DNA from: Candidatus Latescibacterota bacterium
GTDB taxonomy: Bacteria > Latescibacterota > UBA2968
Length of the DNA: 64,000 bases
Assembly: GCA_965198115.1 (NCBI GenBank)
Contig: OZ240241.1
Location: 3,520,001 to 3,584,000, forward strand
Direction: 5' to 3'
Shown: piece by piece, positions 21,864 through 31,345 of the stretch
Position numbering within the stretch: position 1 is the first letter of the stretch
How the letters are laid out: each line of letters begins with the position of its first letter
Notes under the pieces: generated by a model
Told to the model about the DNA's origin: nothing
The model's input: only the letters and a program-made list of their open reading frames with translations
Database searches by the model: none
Made by a program: the position numbers and the translations under genes

Positions 21864-22292
21864 ATGGCACGGAAAATACTCGTCATAGATGATGAACCCG
21901 AATTCCGGGTGACCCTCTCGGATGTCCTGGAGCGGGAAGGCTACACAGTCGATAATCCCCGCTATCTCGCGTCCTCGGTCGGCATCGGGCTAACGGGGGG
22001 CTACGATCTGATCACCCTCGACCTCAAAATGCCCGAGGTCGACGGGCTCGACGTGGCGCGTCTCTACGCTCGAATGCTGCCGAAAACGCCGATCCTCGTA
22101 ATCTCTGGCTATCTGGACGATGGCGCCGTGTCCACGCTCGAAGAAATCGGGATCAACCATCTTCTGGACAAGCCTGCCGGTGTTGGAGACCTCATCAAAG
22201 CGGTCGACAACGCACTCGCCACGCCGTTGGCCGATCGACCCACGCGAGCCGCCCACCGCAACGGCAACGGTCGTGCACATCGCAGAATCTGA
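21864..22292 (+). CDS. single-domain response regulator receiver
   Basis: ILVIDDE, LDLKMPEVDG, ISG and KP motifs. Confidence 0.9.
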   Translation: MARKILVIDDEPEFRVTLSDVLEREGYTVDNPRYLASSVGIGLTGGYDLITLDLKMPEVDGLDVARLYARMLPKTPILVISGYLDDGAVSTLEEIGINHLLDKPAGVGDLIKAVDNALATPLADRPTRAAHRNGNGRAHRRI

Positions 22293-22434
22293 CCCCTCGT
22301 AGACTTTCCCCGCCGAACGTCCTACATTGTAGCTCGCAGGGGCGTCCGCATCCTCTTTTCGTTCAATCCAGGTTCTACGCGCATCCCAGCGGCCTGCCAC
22401 AGACCGTTTCGGACATTCGCGCCCAACCGATCTC

Positions 22435-24390
22435 ATGAAAAACACGCGCGCCGTCATCTTCGACCTCGACGGCACTCTCTTCGATCTCGCACCTCTCGTA
22501 CAGGCCGCCCGCAACCGAGTGGCCGCCCTCCTGCACGAAGCGGGATTCTTCGCCTCCGCAGGCTACGCCCTCCGCCGCATCAACGAGCTCGAACGTCGTC
22601 ACGGCCCCTACTACTCCTCCTCGCCCTACTATTTTGCCTTTTTCGACATCGCCAAATCGATCTGTCGTGAAAAGCCAAAGCAATCGGCCGATTTTCTCAG
22701 GTCACACGGGCACAAAGACGGGGACCCGATCGAGCAATTCGTCGCGGTGCTCGAGCACGCCTACAACGCAGAGAACGTCGAAAGCATTCTCCCCTATCCC
22801 GACGCACTCCAGACCCTCGAGGAAGTAAGGGCTGCCGGCTGCCGGACCTTTCTCGTCTCGATCGGACGCCCGGGCCGCCAGCAGAACAAGATCGATCGTC
22901 TGGGCATCGCCCCTTTTTTCGACCGCATCGTCAACGAAGGCCCACCCTCTCACACCTACTGGTTCAGCGAGATCCTCAGCGACAATGGCTACAGCCCCGA
23001 CGAAGTGGTCGTCGTAGGAGATCGTGCTCAAGACGAAATCCGGGCAGGGAACCGCCTGGACCTCACGACCGTCTGGCTCAGACGGGGACGCTACGGCGAG
23101 GTCGAGCCGGGTGAAGGCGACCACCCCGACTACACGGTCGGGTTCCTGTCACAGGTCTCGACGCTGATCCACATGGCTCGGGCAGGCAAAGACCGCGAGC
23201 ATTTCAGGACGGTCGTCATCGGCGGCGGAACGGGTTTGCCGACCGTGCTCCGGGGTATCCGCACGTTCGATGAAAAACCGACCGCGATCGTGGCGGTCAC
23301 CGACACGGGCGCATCATCGGGCCGGATTCGGTGGAATCTGGGCGTTCAACCACCGGGCGACATCCGCAACGCATTGACCGCGTTGGCCGACCCCGACCTC
23401 GTTTCCCCCGGCCTGTTCCGGGTCTTTCAACACCGATTCCCGAACGACGAGGCCGAAGCAGGTATCTTCAAGAACGACCACATCGGGAACTTTCTCGTCG
23501 CGGCACTGACCCAGCAGCTCGGCAACTTCCAACACGCCATCCAGACCGCATCGGAGATGCTTCACGTGCGGGGAACCATCCTTCCCGCCAGTGTCGACAA
23601 CGTCGACATCTGTGCGGAACTCGAGAGCGGAGAGCATCGATATACCGAGTGGATGGTCAGAAAACCGGGAAAGCCGGCAATCCAAAAGGCTTATCTGGTT
23701 TCGAACGCGGAGATGCTATCTGAATTGGATCGGAAGAACGGGACGATCAAACGCGTGGAAGACCCTGTCACCGGGCAGGTCGAAGTCCACGGAAGGAAAG
23801 GGGCGACCTTTTCCCCCTCCCGCCGAACGCTTCAGGCTCCGCAGGAGGCGGTGACCGCAATCGAGGATGCCGATCTCGTCATCCTCGGACCGGGGAGTCT
23901 CTACACCAGCGTCATTACCAACCTCCTCGTTCCCGGGATTGGCAAAGCGCTTCTCTCGCGCTCGAACGGCAAAACGTGCTACGTCTGCAACATCACGACT
24001 CAGCCCGGGCAGTCCGACGGTTTCGCTGCTTCCGACCACGCCAAAGCCATCGCCAGGCATCTCAAGGAGGCAGCGGTTCGTAATGTCTTCGACTGCGTGC
24101 TCGTCCAGGACACGACCGTGTTCGAGTCCAAGAAAGGCAATGCCTGGACGCCCTTGCTCCGGCGCTACAAGAAAGACGACAAGGTGCTCGTCGAATCCGA
24201 TGAAGAAGAGTTGGATCGCATCGTGGACTGGACGAAAGCCGACTTCGTCGAGGAGTTCAGTCCCGATGTCATGGGCCGAGGCGTGGGAGACTTCATCAGC
24301 CACGATTCCAACAAGGTGGCGGATGCCCTTTGCCGTGTCTACTGCGGGCTTCCCATTCCCGACTATTGGGGTCTCCAGAACGGGGAATGA
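22435..24390 (+). CDS. HAD-family hydrolase fused to YvcK/CofD-like (UPF0052) domain
   Basis: N-terminal IFDLDGTL and VGDRAQDEIRAG. C-terminal VIGGGTGL, VTDTGASSGRIR, PPGDIRNAL and GPGSLYTSV. Confidence 0.85.
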   Translation: MKNTRAVIFDLDGTLFDLAPLVQAARNRVAALLHEAGFFASAGYALRRINELERRHGPYYSSSPYYFAFFDIAKSICREKPKQSADFLRSHGHKDGDPIEQFVAVLEHAYNAENVESILPYPDALQTLEEVRAAGCRTFLVSIGRPGRQQNKIDRLGIAPFFDRIVNEGPPSHTYWFSEILSDNGYSPDEVVVVGDRAQDEIRAGNRLDLTTVWLRRGRYGEVEPGEGDHPDYTVGFLSQVSTLIHMARAGKDREHFRTVVIGGGTGLPTVLRGIRTFDEKPTAIVAVTDTGASSGRIRWNLGVQPPGDIRNALTALADPDLVSPGLFRVFQHRFPNDEAEAGIFKNDHIGNFLVAALTQQLGNFQHAIQTASEMLHVRGTILPASVDNVDICAELESGEHRYTEWMVRKPGKPAIQKAYLVSNAEMLSELDRKNGTIKRVEDPVTGQVEVHGRKGATFSPSRRTLQAPQEAVTAIEDADLVILGPGSLYTSVITNLLVPGIGKALLSRSNGKTCYVCNITTQPGQSDGFAASDHAKAIARHLKEAAVRNVFDCVLVQDTTVFESKKGNAWTPLLRRYKKDDKVLVESDEEELDRIVDWTKADFVEEFSPDVMGRGVGDFISHDSNKVADALCRVYCGLPIPDYWGLQNGE

Positions 24391-25082
24391 CCCAGACCAC
24401 AACCGGCGGGGTCCTCTTCGACCTCGACGACACGCTCTTCGATTGCACCGGCCGCCTCACAGGGCCCGCCAGACGCAGAGCAGCCCGGATCCTCGCCCGG
24501 GGGGGCGAAAACCTCAGCGAGACGAAAGCCTTCCAGCTTCAGACAGAATGGTCTGAGGATATCGGGTCGACCGAAGCCATTCGGGAGATCGCCAGGACCC
24601 ACGCTTGCCAGGCGACGGTCCTGAACGAGGCGCTCGCCGCCTACAACGAGCCGCACGTACCGAACATCCAGCCGTTTCCTGACGCCCTTCCTACGATCGA
24701 GGCACTACAAAGGGCAGCTATCGCAGTGTCGTTGGTCACCTCGGGATCGCCTCCTCGACAGTGTGCCAAGATCGAGCGACTCGGTCTCGGGAATGTCTTC
24801 TCGGCGGACAAAGGCAACCTTTGCCTTCACGATCCAACGGAAGACGGGATCGACAAGGGCCCTCACCTGCGACAAGCAGCCCGGTGGATGGGATTGCCCC
24901 ATGACCGCATCGCGGTCGTGGGCGACAAGCTCGATAGCGAAATCGAAGCCGGAAACCGACTGGGCATGATGACCGTCCACGTCAGACACGGACGTCAGGG
25001 CCGGGCGACGCCCTGCGACGCCAGCCAGAAACCCGATTTCGAGATCGACACCTTGGCCGAGCTGACCGCACTCCTGTTGTAG
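24387..25082 (+). CDS. HAD-family hydrolase
   Basis: LFDLDDTL and VGDKLDSEIEAG motifs. ATGA overlap with the upstream gene. Confidence 0.88.
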   Translation: MTQTTTGGVLFDLDDTLFDCTGRLTGPARRRAARILARGGENLSETKAFQLQTEWSEDIGSTEAIREIARTHACQATVLNEALAAYNEPHVPNIQPFPDALPTIEALQRAAIAVSLVTSGSPPRQCAKIERLGLGNVFSADKGNLCLHDPTEDGIDKGPHLRQAARWMGLPHDRIAVVGDKLDSEIEAGNRLGMMTVHVRHGRQGRATPCDASQKPDFEIDTLAELTALLL

Positions 25083-25098
25083 CCCTACGGGTCCGGCA

Positions 25099-25884
25099 TC
25101 ACGGCTCCCTCTTCGATATCTCGACTCGATCACCCCGGCTGAGTGAAAGGGTCTCTGCCGCACGCCCACCGTTGATCGATATTTCTACCGTATCCTGACT
25201 GCCCATCAGCGCCAAGACCCCACCCGTCTCCACATCCGTGTAGGTTCGACTCATTCCCCGGATCCTCGTCGATCCCACGGACACTTCCACATCGCGTTCG
25301 GCCGGCAGGTCCGCTCGAGACAGGTTCGTGATGACATTCCCGAACCGATCGATATGGACGATCTGCCCCCGAACCCTCCCCTTGCCTCGCTCGATATCCC
25401 ACACATTCAGTCGGACGGGATCCTCGACGAGATCGCCAAACCGGGCGGGCGGCACCCCCAACGCCAGATGCGCGGCCGCCGGCGCGAACACGTCTCGTCC
25501 GTGGAAGGTCGAACTCACACGGGGCCGCACGAGCCCCATGTCGGTGATCTCCCTGACTTCGCGAACCTTCACGCCGTCAAAGACAGGAGTCAGCACCCCA
25601 TTATCTGGCGCCACGTAGGTTCCCGCCTCGGTGTCTACCACAATCGCACGCCGTGCGGAGCCCACGCCGGGATCGACGACGATGAGGTGAATCGTATCTT
25701 CCGGGAACAGGCCCAGGAGGGTTGACACCTGGTAGGATCCGCCGACCACATCCTGAGGCTCGATTTCGTGCGTCACGTCCAGAATCTGAACATCCGGTGC
25801 GTGGCTCAACACCACGCCTTTGACGGCCGCCACGTAGGTGTCACGCGTTCCGAAGTCCGTCGTCAATGTCAGGAATCGCCTCAC
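25099..25884 (-). CDS. DUF62 SAM hydroxide adenosyltransferase / chlorinase-fluorinase superfamily protein
   Basis: TLTTDFG, VVDPGVGS.RR, APDNG, STFHGRDVFAP and IDRFGN motifs. Confidence 0.9.
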   Translation of the reverse strand: MRRFLTLTTDFGTRDTYVAAVKGVVLSHAPDVQILDVTHEIEPQDVVGGSYQVSTLLGLFPEDTIHLIVVDPGVGSARRAIVVDTEAGTYVAPDNGVLTPVFDGVKVREVREITDMGLVRPRVSSTFHGRDVFAPAAAHLALGVPPARFGDLVEDPVRLNVWDIERGKGRVRGQIVHIDRFGNVITNLSRADLPAERDVEVSVGSTRIRGMSRTYTDVETGGVLALMGSQDTVEISINGGRAAETLSLSRGDRVEISKREP

Positions 25885-25986
25885 TCCACCTCCTCGTAAC
25901 CCGTCCAAAACGTGACAGGCTCTCACCGGGATATCACATTCCGTGCGGGGCACCGCCCGATCGCCCACTTCATTCCACACAACACA

Positions 25987-26628
25987 AGTCATGACCTCCG
26001 GCAAAGCCGGAGGCTTGAAAACTTGTGAACCGCTCAAAGCGGTTGGAAACCAAGCGCCACCTAAAGGTGGCGATTACCTGAAAATGTTGAGCTGGTCGAG
26101 ACGCCGGTCCTCCCGCTCCTGGTTCTGGATATACTCCCGAACCGTCTGTTCATCCTTGCCAACGGTGGAGACCCAGTAGCCTCTTGCCCAGAAATGCTGC
26201 CCGGTGAAGTTCGACCTGCGTCCCAGATAGTTCCGAGCAATGTGAATCGCACTCTTTCCTTTGATGAACCCTACCGTCTGAGCTACTGAGTGCTTCGGCG
26301 GGATCGAAATCAGCATGTGCACATGGTCGGATCGCAGGTGACCCTCTTCCACACGGCATTCCTTCTGTGCGGCCAGATCCCGAATCACCTCGCCCAGATA
26401 GCGACGAATTTCACCATACAACACTTTTCTACGATACTTCCGAACCCAAACAACGTCATACTTGCACTCCCATACCGTGTGACGTAGACTCCTTACGTTG
26501 TTCATTAGAGAGCCTTCCTTCCGTGTGCTTTGAGCGGTCCACGGCAAGGGAGGCTCTTACATATTTCTGGAACTGTCAAACTCTGGGAGTCTCCCCGGCA
26601 GAGCCGGGGGCTTACCAAGGTTTAGTTA
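25987..26628 (-). mobile_element. IS200/IS605-family element (tnpA only), copy 1
   Basis: Nearly identical to 47733-49770 once the inserted IS256 is removed. Subterminal hairpins CCTCCGGCAAAGCCGGAGG and CCCCGGCAGAGCCGGGG. Confidence 0.92.
26074..26505 (-). CDS. tnpA: IS200 Y1 (HUH) transposase
   Basis: DHVHML HUH motif, IKGKS, FWARGY and YIQNQ. Confidence 0.93.
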   Translation of the reverse strand: MNNVRSLRHTVWECKYDVVWVRKYRRKVLYGEIRRYLGEVIRDLAAQKECRVEEGHLRSDHVHMLISIPPKHSVAQTVGFIKGKSAIHIARNYLGRRSNFTGQHFWARGYWVSTVGKDEQTVREYIQNQEREDRRLDQLNIFR

Positions 26629-26685
26629 CATCTAACTTATTGCAGGACAGCGACCAACGATGACTCTGTTCTGCCGGCCCCCGAT

Positions 26686-26701
26686 TGGCATACCCCTTGC
26701 A
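26686..26701 (+). promoter_or_regulatory. putative sigma54 (-24/-12) promoter
   Basis: TGGCATACCCCTTGCA matches TGGCAC-N5-TTGCW with one mismatch and exact spacing. Confidence 0.55.
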
Positions 26702-26872
26702 TTCAACATGAGTGCACTGCCAAGCGTGAGCTGCTCAGGTCGGGGCTGAAGCCGGAGATCCTCAGCCTTCCAGGAAGACACGATCCGTAATATTCGGGGG
26801 AATGGCACAGATTGTGTCTGATGCTGGTGAGGGCCTCCGGCTTCCCGGCCGAACCTCTTGTCGGGAATCACC

Positions 26873-27241
26873 GTGGCGCGCATCCTTATTATCGACGACG
26901 ACCCACAGCTTTGCGACGTTCTGGAGCTCCTTTTGAGCGAGCACGAGCATCAGGTCACGTCGGTCCAATCCCTCGGTGGATTCAACAAGGTCCTTTCCGG
27001 CGACCCGCCGGATGTCGTGCTCCTCGACCTGAATCTTCCAGACGTCAACGGGATCGAGCTCCTTCCTCGCATCAAGCTCACCTGGCCCTCCACCATCGTC
27101 GGCATCATCACCGGCATCAACGATTACCGTGTCGAGGACCTCCTCTTCGAAGCCGGCGCAGATCAATATTTCACAAAGCCATTCCACGCGGCCGACATCG
27201 CCGAATCGATCGAACGGTTTCTGGCCAAACGGGCGAGTTAG
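26873..27241 (+). CDS. single-domain response regulator receiver
   Basis: ILIIDDD, LLDLNLPDVNG, ITG and KPF motifs. Confidence 0.9.
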   Translation: MARILIIDDDPQLCDVLELLLSEHEHQVTSVQSLGGFNKVLSGDPPDVVLLDLNLPDVNGIELLPRIKLTWPSTIVGIITGINDYRVEDLLFEAGADQYFTKPFHAADIAESIERFLAKRAS

Positions 27242-27310
27242 CGTCCTGCTCACAATAGGCCGACGAGCGTCATTGATCAACCGTCGACGAGTTAAGGGCT
27301 TCGCCACTTA

Positions 27311-28572
27311 GTACTCCTGTTCTCAAATACGGTGACGTATTCTAAGCAGACTTTGCCAAGGGCGTATCGTAGAACCTGAGTTTGTCGATCATCTCCGCGA
27401 GATCTGTTCGTGTGAACTTCCATTTGAAGGGTGTGGCGATACGTCCGTAGCGTTCCTGAAAACCGAGGATTCTTGCCTCAAGCTCTTCGAGCGATGCAAA
27501 TTCGATAGGTGTCAGAGCCTTGCGTTTGAGGATCGAGAAGTAGATCTCGATCTGATTGAGCCAGCTTGCGTGGATCGGAAGGTGAACGGGGTGGATGTTT
27601 GGCCACTTCCCCTGGATACGGTCGATGCATGTTTGCCCTCGGTGCGAGGAGCCATTATCCACGATGAGGTAGACTTTCTTTGCCGAGCAATAGGGTTTCC
27701 GGCTCATGATCAGGCTCAGGAGCCGGTTGAAGGGCTCGATACCCGAAGAAGACTCACAGAGACCGAAGATTCGACCATTGTGCACGTCGAGAGCAGCCAG
27801 ATAGGCCAGGGCTCCTTTCCGCTCGTATTCGTGTTTCAACGCGTGCCGCTCTGTTCGAGGCTGGCGGTAGGGTAACGTGCTTGCGAGCTCGTGCTTGAAT
27901 ACTGGTCTTTTCGTCGGCAGAAAGTACATATTCCCTCGGCCCTAAAGGCTTTCCTTGCCATTGGCGGTGATACAGATCAAGGACTCTACCTGCTTTGGTT
28001 TGGAAGTCCGGGTCCCGTGGGAAAATCCAGGAGCGATGATACCAAGGACGAATCGCGTCCTCGTTCAACCAGCGCCAGACAGTGGCGCCGCTGATCTTGG
28101 CAACGAAGCCCCTTTGCACTGCCTCGGCGGCAATCTCGGAACAGCTGAACCGCGAGAGCGGTATCCCGCTCTCGCTCGGTAGTTCACACGCCAGCGCCTT
28201 GATCTGAACGACCACCTGAGGGGGGAAAACCGGGCGGGCGCCCGGGACGAGATCTATCTTCGAGTCCCGAAAGACGCTCTTCGAAAAAGCGCTTACGCCA
28301 TTTGCTTACGATCGGACGCGGGACATCCAACCGTTGGGCGATAATCTTGTTGGATAATCCCTCGGCGGCGAGAAGCACGATTTTCGATCGGATCACTTGA
28401 TAATACGATAACGTATATTGTCCAGCCATTCGCTCGAGGTCGACCCGTTCCTTCTCAGACAGTAGCACCACATAAGGCGAACGTCTTGGCATTGTTCTCC
28501 TCCTTTTGAAGGAGAACATAAGCTACAAATAATGTTCAGAACATACGTAATAATATTTATGAAACCATGCAC
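27311..28572 (-). mobile_element. IS630-family element; transposase 28492-27342 split by frameshifts (~28220, ~27840)
   Basis: TA duplication (27309-10 and 28573-74) in palindromic target CACTTAAGTG. HTH, SADEKT, VDNGSSH and SWLNQIEIYF motifs. Confidence 0.9.
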
Positions 28573-28643
28573 TAAGTGTCCCTGTGCACAGCGTAAGGAC
28601 GAGAGGAAGCGCATTCTTTTTCATGAAAATAAAAACGTTACGC

Positions 28644-28676
28644 TCGCCCTCGTGCTCTGCACGAGGGCGCTTTTCT
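28644..28676. terminator. intrinsic terminator-like hairpin downstream of radC
   Basis: CGCCCTCGTGC-TCT-GCACGAGGGCG followed by CTTTTT. Confidence 0.6.
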
Positions 28677-28691
28677 TCGCGTAAGACCCGC

Positions 28692-29386
28692 CTACAACAG
28701 CCCCACTTCTTTGAAGCTCGTGAATCGATCGGCTGCAAGAATCACGTGGTCGACGACCTCGATACCCATAATGTCGCCGGCCTGCACGAGCCGACGCGTG
28801 AGTTCGATGTCCTGACGGCTGGGGGTGACGTCACCGGAGGGATGGTTGTGAGCCAGAATCACGCTGGCTGCCGACGATCCAATCGCGGGAGCGAACACCT
28901 CACGCGGGTGGACGAGCGAGCCGTTCAGGCTCCCGACCGATACTTCCTCGCGGGCGATCACCTGGTTCCGAGCGTTTAAAAACAGTGCCATGAAGTGTTC
29001 CTTTCTCCGATCCCGAATATCGGCGATCAGAGCGACAACATCCTGGGGCCCGCGTATGCAAGGCGCCAGACCCATGCCTTTATCGAGACCACGACGAGCC
29101 AGCTCGAACGCCGCGAGCACCGAAGCGGTCTTCGCGCGTCCGATCCCTTTCACGCCGGTCAGCGTTCCGAAGTCCATGGTCAGCAGGTCCGCCGGTTCGT
29201 GTTGACGTAGGATCCGGCCGGCCACATCGAGCACACTGCGTCCTTCGTATCCCGTTCGTAGAAGGACGGCCAGCAATTCCTCGTCGCGCAGGCCCTCCGA
29301 CCCACGCGTTCGAGTTTCTCACGCGGAAGGTCCACGTCGGCGACGCCCTCGATCTTTTCTCTTCCGTTGCGTAGTCGGTCGGTCAC
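28692..29386 (-). CDS. radC: RadC/JAB-domain protein (frameshift ~29301)
   Basis: PREKL, ELLAVLLRTG, VHPREVF, AHNHPSGD and DHVI motifs. Confidence 0.9.
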
Positions 29387-29420
29387 GACGCATTCCCACG
29401 CAAACCCAATGCCGACGACG

Positions 29421-29462
29421 AAAAAGGGGCAGACGCCCGTGGTCACTGGCGTTGCCCCTCGT
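29421..29462 (-). terminator. intrinsic terminator after the HDOD gene
   Basis: GGGGCAACGCC...GGCGTCTGCCCC then TTTTT on the minus strand. Confidence 0.65.
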
Positions 29463-29518
29463 CCTGCGGTCTTTCGAGTGGAACAGGCTATGCTATAACT
29501 GGATGCACTTGAAAAGAA

Positions 29519-30904
29519 TTATCGGGCGTGGATGTATCGCTCGACGCGCTCGGTCAGCAGCGTCACGGAGAAGGGTTTGGCGATGTAGTCGTTGGCGCCG
29601 CACTCGATGGCCTCGGTCACCATCCGCACGTCGGTCGTGGACGTGAGCATCACGATGGGGGTCGCGCGCAGCCTGACCTCGCTCCTGATGGACTTGAGTG
29701 CTTCGATTCCGTCCATCACGGGCATCATGATGTCCATCAGAATCAGGTCCGGCTGTTCCTGCCGCGCAAGGTCGATGGCTTCTTCCCCATTCAGCGCGAC
29801 GACCACATCGTAGCCCATCCGCTTGAGCATCGCGGAGATGGCCGTCCTGGTGGCCGCGGAGTCCTCGGCCACCAGAATGCGCTTGGACGACGACGCCTGT
29901 ATCCGTTGGCGTGCCTTCCGCAGCGAGGATCCGCACTCCTTGCAGAATTTGTGGCCCGGGCCGTTCTCCGTCGTGCACGCGGGACACGTCTCCTGATAAT
30001 CGGCGTCGGGGACCTCCTCGGTTTCCCCGGTCCTGAACAGCAGCCTCACCGATGCGATCTCCGCGGGCAGGTCGGACATCAGCCCATCCAGGGAGGCTTC
30101 GTCGAGTCCCAGCAGATCGCTAGCCCGCTCGGCCAGAAGCCCCCGCACCGGGTCATCTTCATCGGCGTAGTGGGCGTCGGACAGGAGGCTCGCCACGTTG
30201 AGAAGATGAATGGAGAGCGGTAACTCTCCGGCCGTCGCGGTCGAGTCAAGCTCGGCCCCCTGATCCAGGTAATGATGATACCGGATGGGAACCGTCATGT
30301 TCGGCGGGAGATTCCATCGTTCGGCCAGGCGGGCGCCGATCTCCGCGTGATCGGTCCCGAGTGAGGCGAGTTCGGCCTGGGAGATGTGGATGCCTCGCTC
30401 TGCGGCCGTCGCGAGCGCGTAACCGTGCAACACGGGCAGGTATCGCGCGAGGAGATACGTGCCGATGTTCTGTAGCAGAGAAATCGTGAAGATGCCGTGG
30501 GAGGCCTCGCGATTGACACGCGAGGTAATCATAACTGCGGCGACTGCGTTGGCGAGGGAACGTTCCCAGAACTGCTCGTAGTTGAAGCCGACCACGTCGA
30601 CCTTCGGCAGGCTGCTCATGGCGGCGAGGCCGAGAGCGATCGACCCAACCTGCTTGAAACCCATCAGGCTGACCGCTTCGCTGACGCTGCTGATCCCGCG
30701 TGAGAATCCGTAGAAAGGCGAGTTGATGATCTGGAGGACCTTGGCTGAAAGGGCCATGTCCTTCTCGATCAGCTCCGCGACCTCCTTGACCGTCGTCTCC
30801 GGTCCATCGGTCGCCTCGATCACTCGGGTCGCAACGATCGGGAGTGTCGGCAAGGCATCCTCGATCAGCCGAAGGACGTCACCATCCTAGATCTCTAATG
30901 CCAT
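29519..30904 (-). CDS. HDOD + double zinc ribbon + receiver domain protein (in-frame TAG at 30887-30889 near the start)
   Basis: LPTLP...LQIINSPFYG...DHAEIGARLAERWNLP (HDOD), CPAC..FCKECG, and ILVAEDS..LMDIMMP..KPF. Confidence 0.85.
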
Positions 30905-30970
30905 CCAGGCGCACTCCCCACCTTACGTGGCTCGCGTGTGGACTCCACCACCGAAGCACTCCCCCGAATC

Positions 30971-31345
30971 CTACGACCCCAGTGCTGCTCGAACACAGGC
31001 AATCAGCGCGTCTGGCTTGACCGGCTTTTGCAAAGTCGAGATCGCACCAAGTTGTTCGGCGAGCCGGAAGATGTCAAGCTTTTCCCGGAGATCGATGCCC
31101 GAAACGGCGATGACTTGGGCTTCCGAATCGAATTCCCGCAGCTTGCCGATCACGTCGAGACCCCCCTTTTCGGGCATGAAAAGGTCCGTGACCACGAGGT
31201 CGAAGGGCTCGGCCTTGTAGGCCTGGATTCCTTCCGCACTGTTCGTCGCCTCCGTAACGACGAAATCCGCCTTTTCGAGGATGTCCCGCAGGATGGCTCG
31301 AGAAACCGCGTCATCGTCGACGACGAGGATACGTGCCGGCATCAC
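30971..31345 (-). CDS. single-domain response regulator receiver
   Basis: ILVVDDD, TDLFMPEKGG and KPV motifs. Confidence 0.9.
   Translation of the reverse strand: MMPARILVVDDDAVSRAILRDILEKADFVVTEATNSAEGIQAYKAEPFDLVVTDLFMPEKGGLDVIGKLREFDSEAQVIAVSGIDLREKLDIFRLAEQLGAISTLQKPVKPDALIACVRAALGS

Noticed and set aside
25099-25884. Fluorinase/chlorinase natural-product locus
   Set aside because: It retains the DUF62-type Asp/Arg/His motifs (TDFG, GS.RR, TFHGRD) and has no biosynthetic cluster around it.
25987-26628. TnpB/IscB RNA-guided system in the IS200/IS605 elements
   Set aside because: The elements are ~640 bp with tnpA only, leaving no RuvC ORF and no room for one.
28692-29386. RadC/JAB as part of a CBASS-like or other defence system
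   Set aside because: Full-length chromosomal RadC architecture with no cyclase, E1/E2 or effector neighbours.
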